This document shows, in pieces, positions 29,276 to 38,055 of a DNA stretch of 64,000 nt. The DNA is from an uncultured candidate division Zixibacteria bacterium. GTDB taxonomy: Bacteria; Zixibacteria; MSB-5A5; GN15; FEB-12. The notes under the pieces are model-generated. The model made no database searches. It was given only the letters and a program-made list of their open reading frames with translations, and had not been told where the DNA came from. The stretch's first letter is position 1. The number at the start of each line of letters is the position of its first letter. Made by a program: the position numbers and the translations under genes. Location of the stretch: assembly GCA_963735035.1 (NCBI GenBank), contig CAVTJJ010000003.1, forward strand, positions 192,001-256,000. Direction: 5' to 3'.

Positions 29276-29489
29276 AGAGACGGTCCTCGTTGTAAAGGGG
29301 CGCAGTACCCCTGTTCCTGTTGACCCCGTTTGTCAAACGAGGCTATGTACCCTGTAAATCGGTGCCTCTTACCAAAGCCTGTCCCGGGAACCCCTTGCCG
29401 GTCGATAGTAAATACGAACGAGCAGGCGAAATGTTTAGTGGGATTGTTTCACAATCTCGCTGAGACTGATGGGTAAGAGTTTTGCCGCA

Positions 29490-31340
29490 CTATCGCCGCC
29501 GACCGGACTTCCTCGCCTGATACCACTGAGCACGCGCCTGGGCGACCGAATCGTAGCGCGGCAATAGCCACGGCGACAACTTTTCCATCCAGCGACGGTG
29601 AATGGCGGCTTTGTCATTATTGCCAATAGTGTACTCGTAGACGTACAAATCAGCCTGAACTTCGGCTACCGTGCTGTCTATTTCGAGCGTCTGGTTCTGA
29701 AGCGCCTCTCCGTACTCAGCATGTTTCAACTGAAACTCAACTATCGCCAGTCTGTAAAGCAGATAAACATAGGGTGGATTCCCCCCGAGTTGAAGAGCTT
29801 CTTTGAAGTCGCGCTCGGCCTCAATCCACTTGCTGTCGTTCTGAGCGTTGGTGCCCCGGGCGTAAGCGTTCACAAACTCTTTTGGGCGTGGCGGCACGAA
29901 CAGAGCCTGGGGTGGACGCATCTTCCGAAAGACAGAAATAAGTGGGGAAGTTGGAACCACACTGGTAGGCTGATAGTACCAGGTTGCCCCACGATAGCAG
30001 TTCAGGAATTGATCGTAACTCAGGAGAACCCGCTCGGCGGGCGCCGACGGTTTCAGACCGGTCGAAAAGACTATGAAATCCGGCGCCTGTGCAAGCAAAT
30101 AGGGCGAGTTGAACGACCGTTCCCGCCAAGTAGATTCCAGACCTTCGGGAAAGGGTTCCGGGTGTCGGGCAATGGTGGAGTCAGTCAGTCCCAGCATATC
30201 TATCATGCGATGTCCGGTCAGTTCATAGCCGAGGCGGCCTATTGTGGTCGATGCCACACTGAAGTTTTCGAGGCCGATTTCTTTCAGGCGGTCGGCGAAG
30301 AAACCCATCTTCTGAACCAGCCCGGCTTCCCGACTTGCGTAGTCGAGGATATAGGCACGTGGCAGCCATAGTGAGGTAACAACCGAGAGTAACACGAACA
30401 CTGACAGCAGTGAATATCTCAATAGGGGCTTTAGGCGTTCGACCGACACCAAAATGATCATGATGACGGCAATTGCCAACAGCGACAGTATCGGGAGGAA
30501 GAATCGATGCACCATGAGGACATCGCCCCCTATGAGCACGATGTAAAGCGTAAAGCCGGCGGCCACGACCCAGATTGCATGAAGGGCCTCGTTCAGTTCA
30601 CGCCAGAAGAATGGCAATAGGAGCAGCCCTACCGCGAAGAAGGGATAATGTCCCGCGAATCCAACCGCGTACCCCCATCCGGTCGTCACTTGTTCCCAGG
30701 TGAAGGCCGTTTTCGCGTAGAACGGATTGGGCAAGAGCGAGCCGTAGTAGGCCAGCTTGAAGATCACAAACGGCAGCGAAAACAAGAACGCGATCCCCGC
30801 ACACGCGGCCGAGTAGAGCGGTCGGCGTTTGTAGATCAAGAGCTCGGCCAAAATCAAGAGCGCTCCCAGCAGTGCCCCTTCGGGTCGAATCAAAACCGCC
30901 GCCACGAGGACGGCTATGAGCTGCCAGGAACGAACGACAAACAGGTAAATCGCAAGCGTCATGAAAAATACAAACGCGGCCGTTTCGAGTCCTGACTGCG
31001 CCCAGTAAGCCAGGGACAGGTTGACCGCTACCAGCGCAGTCGGCAGCAGGGCTGCCCAGGGAGGGCGGCGCTCCAGACAACGGACCGCCAGAAAGAATGT
31101 CAGCAGTACGGCTCCTGCACCGAATGCAACTCCGACCACACGGGAGACAACGATGTAGTTGATCTTCGCCAGGCCACACAGTATCAGGCCGAGCACCCAG
31201 CCAAAATTGGTGTACCCCTCGATCCTTTCACCAACGTTATAGACCAGCCCGGCTCCGTGAAGGTAATTGGCCACGTACCGATAGGAGATGAAAGCGTCGT
31301 CCTGATAGAATCCAAAATTGAGAGCTTGCCAGACGAACAC
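29490..31340 (-). CDS. GT-C-like polytopic membrane glycosyltransferase with C-terminal TPR-like region
   Basis: DDAFISYRY, GERIEGYT, SGLET, RPEG, LPNPFYAK, IDMLGLTD; the true start is probably further upstream (see findings). Confidence 0.75.
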   Translation of the reverse strand: MFVWQALNFGFYQDDAFISYRYVANYLHGAGLVYNVGERIEGYTNFGWVLGLILCGLAKINYIVVSRVVGVAFGAGAVLLTFFLAVRCLERRPPWAALLPTALVAVNLSLAYWAQSGLETAAFVFFMTLAIYLFVVRSWQLIAVLVAAVLIRPEGALLGALLILAELLIYKRRPLYSAACAGIAFLFSLPFVIFKLAYYGSLLPNPFYAKTAFTWEQVTTGWGYAVGFAGHYPFFAVGLLLLPFFWRELNEALHAIWVVAAGFTLYIVLIGGDVLMVHRFFLPILSLLAIAVIMIILVSVERLKPLLRYSLLSVFVLLSVVTSLWLPRAYILDYASREAGLVQKMGFFADRLKEIGLENFSVASTTIGRLGYELTGHRMIDMLGLTDSTIARHPEPFPEGLESTWRERSFNSPYLLAQAPDFIVFSTGLKPSAPAERVLLSYDQFLNCYRGATWYYQPTSVVPTSPLISVFRKMRPPQALFVPPRPKEFVNAYARGTNAQNDSKWIEAERDFKEALQLGGNPPYVYLLYRLAIVEFQLKHAEYGEALQNQTLEIDSTVAEVQADLYVYEYTIGNNDKAAIHRRWMEKLSPWLLPRYDSVAQARAQWYQARKSGRRR

Positions 31341-31449
31341 AACGACAATCGCCCCGAGCAGCAGATATGTGAGCCAACGAGAGCGCTTGATCTGATTCGA
31401 TTATAGGCGGATCAACGGTCGATCGGCAACCGTAATCGCACTTGTGCGG

Positions 31450-32397
31450 CTATTCCGCCGGGAGCATGTCCGGGTTGCTCTGCTGAATCATGTCGAGATA
31501 CCCGAGCCCTTTGAGCCCACAGTACGATTCCGGAATCTTGTAGACTTCATCCCGAAGGGCGTCGTCAAGCGTTACGAACTTGTAGCCGGCATCGGTCAGG
31601 GCCTTGAGCAGTTCGTCCAGGAAAGCGGCATTGAGCTGATTGGCCCGTAGCAACAGAATCTGTTTCACCGGCCGGTCAATCAGGTTCTTCCCCAGGCGTT
31701 CGACCCGCTCCAGCTCGTCCAATACATGATTGATGTAATCGTTCAGTAACTGATTGAATCGCGCCGAATCGGGCGTCTTCCCAAGTTTGAGTAGATTCAG
31801 ATTGTACAGGTAATCTTCGGGTAGCACGGTCGCAGGGGCAATTACGAAATGGCGATCTTTCAGAAACGGTGTAACTGCCTTGCGACGCACCTGGGTATCA
31901 CCATAGTGCAGAAAAGGAAACCTGAAGTACCGCTTCTTCTGCCCGAATCCGGCCAGCATCGGCTCCAGGGCATCGGCCCCCTTCTGGATATCGCGTATGA
32001 ACTGCTCCGGAGTCAGCTCGTTGTAATCCTGGCCCGACCAGGTCTCGTTCCCCAGCCGGTGCCCCTGGTTTAACCACTCTCCCAGGATGTCGTACGAACC
32101 TTCAATCTGCTCACCCATCACGAAACCGGTCGCTTTGACCGCGTGTTTCTTGAGAGCGTCCAGAATCGGACGGTTTATCGCCACCCGGTCAACGTCATCG
32201 AAAGATCGGGCCGCGGGCAGTTCATCGAAAGTGATGCAGATCTGCTTTTGGGCCAGGGCGGCGCCAGGTGCCAGTAACGTTAAGAATCCGACAAGAGCCC
32301 CGAGAATAGGCCCGAACCGAAGAAACAACCGCGCTGCAGAAATAGCTCCAAGTCTTTGTAATACAATACGTTGAGCCATAGAAACATGCCTATCCAT
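31450..32397 (-). CDS. Polysaccharide deacetylase (NodB/CE4) family protein
   Basis: ITFDELP, YFRFPFL; metal-binding residues appear degenerate. Confidence 0.75.
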   Translation of the reverse strand: MDRHVSMAQRIVLQRLGAISAARLFLRFGPILGALVGFLTLLAPGAALAQKQICITFDELPAARSFDDVDRVAINRPILDALKKHAVKATGFVMGEQIEGSYDILGEWLNQGHRLGNETWSGQDYNELTPEQFIRDIQKGADALEPMLAGFGQKKRYFRFPFLHYGDTQVRRKAVTPFLKDRHFVIAPATVLPEDYLYNLNLLKLGKTPDSARFNQLLNDYINHVLDELERVERLGKNLIDRPVKQILLLRANQLNAAFLDELLKALTDAGYKFVTLDDALRDEVYKIPESYCGLKGLGYLDMIQQSNPDMLPAE

Positions 32398-32575
32398 TAG
32401 ATAAACAATCAGAAAGAAACCACCTTTAGACCTGAAACTGCATACGAAACGGTCAAAATCAACTAAAAGAAGCGTATGATAGCACCATGTGTCACAAGTT
32501 CAATAATGCAACAAATTGTCACGCAACGCGTTACATAATAAGAGCGACCTGATTGGGGTTGTTTTGGGACAGTCC

Positions 32576-32604
32576 TTGATTTTGAGGATACTATTACGTA
32601 TATT
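32576..32604 (+). promoter_or_regulatory. Sigma-70 promoter
   Basis: TTGATT-N17-TATATT in an AT-rich divergent intergenic region. Confidence 0.45.
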
Positions 32605-32664
32605 GACTGCCGCACGGAACGCGTAACACCTACTTGGATCTCAGATCCAAGGGAGGGTTTGGGA

Positions 32665-33033
32665 ATGGCTAGAAAAGTAATCCTTGCAGTAAACAACATG
32701 ATTTTCACCTCCAAGATAATGTCTGTCCTGGACAATCTTGAGGCTGAAGGCATTAAGGCGATTCGGTCGGAAGATATCTTCTCCAAGGCGCAGGAGATTC
32801 AACCCGACTTGATCATCATGGATCTTAATTTGAACGGCATCGAAGCGCCGTCGTTGATCAACAAGCTCCGGTCATACAAAGCCACTAAGCAGATTCCGAT
32901 TGTCTGCTACTCGCCAACCGTGATGGCCGACCAGATGAACGCCGCGGTCAAAGCCGGGGCCACCGAAGTTCTGACCAACACGACTATGACCAGTCGAATG
33001 ACTCGAATCCTCGGCAAGTACATTCACAACTGA
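32665..33033 (+). CDS. Atypical single-domain response regulator
   Basis: REC fold (PDLIIMDLNL, IPIVCYS, AVKAGA); RBS GGAGG. Confidence 0.8.
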   Translation: MARKVILAVNNMIFTSKIMSVLDNLEAEGIKAIRSEDIFSKAQEIQPDLIIMDLNLNGIEAPSLINKLRSYKATKQIPIVCYSPTVMADQMNAAVKAGATEVLTNTTMTSRMTRILGKYIHN

Positions 33034-34622
33034 CTGCCATCAACATAAGAGTTTGCCGGCCAGTAGCTTAAAGTCACTGGCCGGTTTGTTTTTCGGTCTG
33101 GGTCACGGCCAGGCGCGGGCGGTAGACATACGCGGCGAAATTGTCGTTGTGACGCGGGGTTGAGCAGATGCAGCGTCTGATCGTAATACGACGGCTCAAC
33201 CTTGAAAACCTGATCGAGCGGGCCAAACCTGATCGATAGAGAATCGAGATACCGGGGAAGCTCATCGTCCGACTTGGGATAGACCACGAAATAGTCGAGA
33301 CCGCTGGAGCTGGACCTGTCAACCGGCCATTTTGATAATTCCTCCCAGCTTCGGACATAGTCGTGTTGAATTCCCGGACCGCCATATTCTATCGGCACCC
33401 ATCTCTTGACTTCCGGCTGAAGGAACAGCACATGAGCGGTCGGGGCGTTCTTTTCGAACCAGAGGAGCGGCTCGATCATCCCCCGATGGCCATAGGCGAA
33501 AGTAAAGAAAGCCCCGAGCACGAGGTTTACTCCGACTGAGATCCAAAGCGTTGTCTTCAGCCATCGCGGAAATCGCACAGGCGTCCGGCTTTCGACATAC
33601 GACCAAATCGCCAGAGTCCCGAGCACGACAAATGCAGGAACGATCGGAAATATGAAACGCTCCTGCTGGTTGGAGTGCAGCGAATGGAATACGAGAAATG
33701 ATATCGAAGTCCAAAACAAGATCGTCTGTGTTCTTATGAAACTGGGCCGCAGGATCAGGAACGGAAGACAGAATGAGATCGGTGGCACCAGAAACAATAG
33801 TAAGAGCACTACATATAGCAGGGGAATGGTATGGTAGAGGGAGCCCAGTCCGGTATTCATAGTGAGGTTAGTGATGGTCGAGCCGCCGAATCTGCCCAGA
33901 AGGAGCAGGTCTGTGAAACCCGATGCCAGAAGCATGATTCCGATGGCGGCACAAAAGTGGATGGCGGGGCGAACGCGGCGGGTCCCCCACCAGAGCAGGA
34001 ACGGGATTGGTAAGATGGCAAAGGCGATCTGAAACCGAATCATCCAGGCCAAACCGGCCCATAGCCCGGCGAGATAGAGACCAGCCACGCGGCGGTCATC
34101 CATGAAGCGACAGAGATACCAGACCGCCATCAACCAGAGACTTCCCCCCACCGCTTCGATCAGATTCCGGACTCCGATAAACGGCAGAGCAAAATGTAGC
34201 GACATGATCAGTCCGGCCGCTACTGACCAGCGTACCGACTTCGTGGTCAATTGAACAATCTTGTAGGCTGCCCAGACCGGTAGAAGCGATATGAGAGCGT
34301 GGCTGCCGCGGATAACATACATCATGTCCGAAAAGGACGAAATCCCCACCCACTGGCAGGCCTTCATCTGGAACAGCAGAAACAGATTATAGAGGGGAAA
34401 CCGTCCGATCGTGTCGGACAGCTTCTGTTTCCAGCGCAGCCAACCGTCGGCCCCCCAAAGCCCGTCCTGGCACCAGCTCCAGGCCACCGAAAGGGTATCA
34501 AAATGGTCGTCTGAATGGATAAACCCCTGCGACCAGATCACAGCAGCGAGACGGACCAGTACTGCCGCAAACATGACTGTCAGCAAAGGATGGGACTTGA
34601 CGAAGTTCTTGAGCCTGTTCAT
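33024..34622 (-). CDS. Alg9/PIG-B-like (GT22-type) membrane mannosyltransferase; probable frameshift near the 3' end
   Basis: About 10 TM helices; HSDDHF, VRNLIE, IRFQ, QQERFIFP; the natural-looking end is in another frame and stops at 33074. Confidence 0.7.
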   Translation of the reverse strand: MNRLKNFVKSHPLLTVMFAAVLVRLAAVIWSQGFIHSDDHFDTLSVAWSWCQDGLWGADGWLRWKQKLSDTIGRFPLYNLFLLFQMKACQWVGISSFSDMMYVIRGSHALISLLPVWAAYKIVQLTTKSVRWSVAAGLIMSLHFALPFIGVRNLIEAVGGSLWLMAVWYLCRFMDDRRVAGLYLAGLWAGLAWMIRFQIAFAILPIPFLLWWGTRRVRPAIHFCAAIGIMLLASGFTDLLLLGRFGGSTITNLTMNTGLGSLYHTIPLLYVVLLLLFLVPPISFCLPFLILRPSFIRTQTILFWTSISFLVFHSLHSNQQERFIFPIVPAFVVLGTLAIWSYVESRTPVRFPRWLKTTLWISVGVNLVLGAFFTFAYGHRGMIEPLLWFEKNAPTAHVLFLQPEVKRWVPIEYGGPGIQHDYVRSWEELSKWPVDRSSSSGLDYFVVYPKSDDELPRYLDSLSIRFGPLDQVFKVEPSYYDQTLHLLNPASQRQFRRVCLPPAPGRDPDRKTNRPVTLSYWPANSYVDGSQL

Positions 34623-34709
34623 ATCGATGACCGTACGGCGGTCAAAGTAGCCGACTCCAAGGGCGGCGACAAGTACTAAAGCCGGACGATTTTCCGGGCT
34701 AGACGGCGC

Positions 34710-34736
34710 TAATCTGCGGGCGTGGTTGGCCGATAT
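34710..34736 (+). promoter_or_regulatory. Sigma-28-like promoter
   Basis: TAAT-N15-GCCGATAT upstream of the CheY/CheC pair. Confidence 0.6.
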
Positions 34737-34799
34737 TATTACTTACCGGGATTTCGAAATGTCCCTGATCCTTTGACGCCGTTAACCAGGAGCTAAGGC

Positions 34800-35177
34800 A
34801 TGGCCAAAATACTGTTGGTAGATGATTCCAGGTTTCAGAGAAAGAACGTTTCGAAACTCTTGGTCGGAATGGGCCATGAGGTATCGGAAGCCGAGAATGG
34901 TGAAGTCGGTCTTCAGATGGTCGAATCGTTCAAACCGGACCTGATCATCACCGACCTGCTCATGCCGGTTATGGATGGGCTCAGCGTGCTTCTGGCTCTC
35001 AGGAAACGGGGCTGCAAAACGCCGGCCATCGTGGTCTCCGCCGACATCCAGGAATCCACGCGCCAGGAGTGTATGCAACTGGGGGCAAAGGCATTTCTTA
35101 CCAAGCCGGTCAACGCCGCCGATATCGAAGCCACATTGAAAGAAGTTGTGGCGGCGAGCCAAAGGGAGAGAGCTTGA
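34800..35177 (+). CDS. CheY-like response regulator
   Basis: ILLVDDS, ITDLLMP, VSAD, FLTKP. Confidence 0.9.
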   Translation: MAKILLVDDSRFQRKNVSKLLVGMGHEVSEAENGEVGLQMVESFKPDLIITDLLMPVMDGLSVLLALRKRGCKTPAIVVSADIQESTRQECMQLGAKAFLTKPVNAADIEATLKEVVAASQRERA

Positions 35178-35821
35178 TGCTGACCAATCTGCAGACCGAA
35201 CTGCTGACCGAGATTCTAAATGCGGGAGTCGGGCGGGCCGGTTCCGTCCTGAGCGATCTGGTAGGTTGCCGGGTACGAATGCAGGTGCCTATGGTCGGCG
35301 TCACGGAATTCAAAGACCTTCATGCCTGTCTCGAAATCGACAACAGCATAGAACTGGCCTCGGTCTGTCAGCAGTTTCACGGGTCCATGGACGGCTATGC
35401 CCTGCTGCTGTTGTCACGAGAAAACGGTAATTCGCTCACCCGACGTCTGGTCGGTGATGATATCGACCCTGAGACGATAGACACCGAGCGAAGTGAAGCG
35501 CTGGTGGAAGTCGGGAACATCCTGACCAACAGCGTACTCGGTACGATCTCGAATATTGTCGGCCACCGGTTTGACTACCAGGTACCGGTCTATCGTGAAG
35601 GCACTCTCCCGGAGATCATCGGCTATTCCTCCCATGCGGCCAGTTGCATAGTGCGCGACTCAAAAACTCTGTATGCCCGGGCTCATTTTGATTTCGATTC
35701 CGCCCGTGTCATCGGAAGCGTGCTTATCCTGCTGACCGAGGGATCATTCGATCACCTGATCGAGCTGATTGACAGTCTCCAAACGAACGCCCAACAACCA
35801 TCCCCGGCAACAGGGATCTGA
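35177..35821 (+). CDS. cheC: CheC-family phosphatase
   Basis: Two ExxN motifs (EILNAGVGRA; EVGNILTNS); TGATG coupling to the upstream receiver. Confidence 0.8.
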   Translation: MLTNLQTELLTEILNAGVGRAGSVLSDLVGCRVRMQVPMVGVTEFKDLHACLEIDNSIELASVCQQFHGSMDGYALLLLSRENGNSLTRRLVGDDIDPETIDTERSEALVEVGNILTNSVLGTISNIVGHRFDYQVPVYREGTLPEIIGYSSHAASCIVRDSKTLYARAHFDFDSARVIGSVLILLTEGSFDHLIELIDSLQTNAQQPSPATGI

Positions 35822-35829
35822 TACCCTGC

Positions 35830-37713
35830 TTACATACAAATCGGTAGACCCATCGACGGACCGGTGATGAACAGGTAGTCGATCAGGGTAGAAATATCTC
35901 CTATCGAAATATCGTCCACGGTCGGATCGAGCCCGCCTGACTGGTTGATATCGCCCTCGGCGAGGCAGGTAATGGGGACACCCGTCAGGAACAACATGTC
36001 TATCAGGACGGAGATATCGCCGATCGTGGGCTCATCTCCCCCTTCCCCGTTGGCATCGCCGACTCGCCCTATGCAACAAGTAGATGGGTGAACGATCCCC
36101 TCTTGCAACGTTGGTGTATACGTTGCGACCGGGCAGGCGAAATACGGATCATACGAGCCATAACCCTGGACGGCGATGTGCGTCGTGTCCGTGACTTCGG
36201 AATCGGCGGTGAAATAGAGCGCCACGACACCATCGTGACCAGGGGCCAGCAACGGAGACACTCCGGACACACTGGGTGTAAGCTGGATAGCGGCGTGCCG
36301 GAGAGTATTGTTGACATCGAGAAGCACCTGGGTGTCGAAATCGGCGCCTCTAAGACCGACTGTCGAGATCGAATCAAATCTCAGACCGTTTTCCGCCGAC
36401 CAGACCACGGGCAGGATCACTTCGGTCAAGGGAACATAATTGCTGAAACTGACGACCAGCCTGATCGAATTTCCCCGAACCGCCGAAGCGCTCGAAACCG
36501 TCACAGTATCATCATAGGCCCAGACCAGATCGGATCGGTAATCAGAGAAAGGGCCGTCGGGCGTAGCGATCTCGACACCCACTGAGTACATGCCAGGTCG
36601 TTCATAGGTGTGTGAGACATCGGCACTCGAGGCGGTCGACTCGTCGCCCAGGTTCCAATTCCAGTTGTTCACCTGTCGAAATGTCTGCGCGCCCAGTTGC
36701 ACCGCCAGAGGAGCCTTTCCGAAAACGGTGTCGCCCTGGATTAGAATGCCGCTCATCCAACCCGACAGGACATCGTCGAACCAGCACTGCATCCGCCCCC
36801 GCTGCTGCGTTGTAAACAGGCTGCGACAATCGCCGGGGGTATAACCCATATAGTTCTCGGGCTGAGTGTTGCCCCATGAGAGACCGCTGCAAGGATCCAT
36901 ATCAGAGGGACTGTCACAGCTGTACCAAATCGGAGTAGGCGGCGTGTCGGAGCAAAAGTCGCCGATCACGTTGCGATCGGGCGCGTTGACCGATTCATAG
37001 CATGAACCGCATGAGGTAACCTCGTTCACACCATGGAAAGTATGCCAGAGACCGAGACAATGCCCGACCTCGTGCGCAAACGTACTGAAATTTCCGCCCC
37101 AGTGAAAATGCCCCAGAACGATGCCCCCGGTAGGTTTCAGAGCGTCAGCCTCGAAAGGAAAAGTACCAAACGAATAACCAAACGTAACGTTGCCGACCCA
37201 GACGTTGAGAAAATGAGTCGGATCGACCGCCGAGAAATTCTTCATCGGATCGACTTCTTCTTCGCTGAGCAGGCGCCAGTCCGAATTGTTGACCTGATCG
37301 AATATGAAATCGAATTGGATCCGGCTGGGAGCATAGTGCTGATTGAGCCAATTTACCGCGTTCTGGGCCGCGGCCGCGTTGGTAAAGGCGGAACTGCCGT
37401 CGGAATTGGCCAACGAATGAATAGCGAGACGGATGCGGACGATCGGAGTGTTTTCATCAGGTGTCCAGGAATCGCGAACGGTCGGATCATCACATGGACC
37501 GTTTGTATAACATCCAGCCGCGGCTGAAACATCAATCCCCTCGCGCTGAAGTTGCAGTTCGTATCTCTTTTGAGTGCCGCACCAATTGAGACTATCGACG
37601 GCTGCTATTGATTCGGCCCTGGCCGGACCACCGTAGTTCAGCAGCCCAACAATCGTTGCAAGACTGGAAATGGCGAACATTTTCGAAAGTGGGGCCGATA
37701 ACAGACGAGTCAT
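35830..37713 (-). CDS. Secreted M43 (pappalysin/ulilysin-like) metalloprotease with PKD, cohesin-like and dockerin-like domains
   Basis: HEVGHCLGLWHTF, DFCSDTP, Met-turn ENYMGY, FTTQQRGRM; PKD WNWNLGD...SHTYERPGMYSV; shared C-terminal module. Confidence 0.88.
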   Translation of the reverse strand: MTRLLSAPLSKMFAISSLATIVGLLNYGGPARAESIAAVDSLNWCGTQKRYELQLQREGIDVSAAAGCYTNGPCDDPTVRDSWTPDENTPIVRIRLAIHSLANSDGSSAFTNAAAAQNAVNWLNQHYAPSRIQFDFIFDQVNNSDWRLLSEEEVDPMKNFSAVDPTHFLNVWVGNVTFGYSFGTFPFEADALKPTGGIVLGHFHWGGNFSTFAHEVGHCLGLWHTFHGVNEVTSCGSCYESVNAPDRNVIGDFCSDTPPTPIWYSCDSPSDMDPCSGLSWGNTQPENYMGYTPGDCRSLFTTQQRGRMQCWFDDVLSGWMSGILIQGDTVFGKAPLAVQLGAQTFRQVNNWNWNLGDESTASSADVSHTYERPGMYSVGVEIATPDGPFSDYRSDLVWAYDDTVTVSSASAVRGNSIRLVVSFSNYVPLTEVILPVVWSAENGLRFDSISTVGLRGADFDTQVLLDVNNTLRHAAIQLTPSVSGVSPLLAPGHDGVVALYFTADSEVTDTTHIAVQGYGSYDPYFACPVATYTPTLQEGIVHPSTCCIGRVGDANGEGGDEPTIGDISVLIDMLFLTGVPITCLAEGDINQSGGLDPTVDDISIGDISTLIDYLFITGPSMGLPICM

Positions 37714-37983
37714 TTAGTGGTCTCCTGTCCGGGTGCGCATCTCCGACTCATCGCTAATCGGAATCTCACCGCTGACACAGTTTTGCGGCGTGGACCGGTC
37801 TCAGGTGCAACGAAGCCAGATGCGCAGAAACTCCGACCAGACTCAAGCCGCCAGGCAAGTATATGATTAAGAAACAGAAGTTTTGCGACATGTCAAGCAT
37901 GACCGGCGGCGATGCCTCATCCATCCCCGAACCCACGATCCGCGACCCTCGTTAATATATTGTGTTTCTTAGGGTTGCAGGTG

Positions 37984-38010
37984 TCAGCTTTCCGCCAAAA
38001 GTGCCGATAA
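37984..38010 (+). promoter_or_regulatory. Sigma-28-like promoter
   Basis: TCAG-N15-GCCGATAA (perfect -10), 45 nt before ATG 38056. Confidence 0.6.
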
Positions 38011-38055
38011 TCCAATTATGTTTTGTTCACCTTACGTCCGATAGAAGGAAGACAA

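Noticed and set aside
32564..32580. Sigma-54 promoter TGGGAC-N5-TTGA
   Set aside because: Mismatches at the conserved -24/-12 positions; a sigma-70 match overlaps it.
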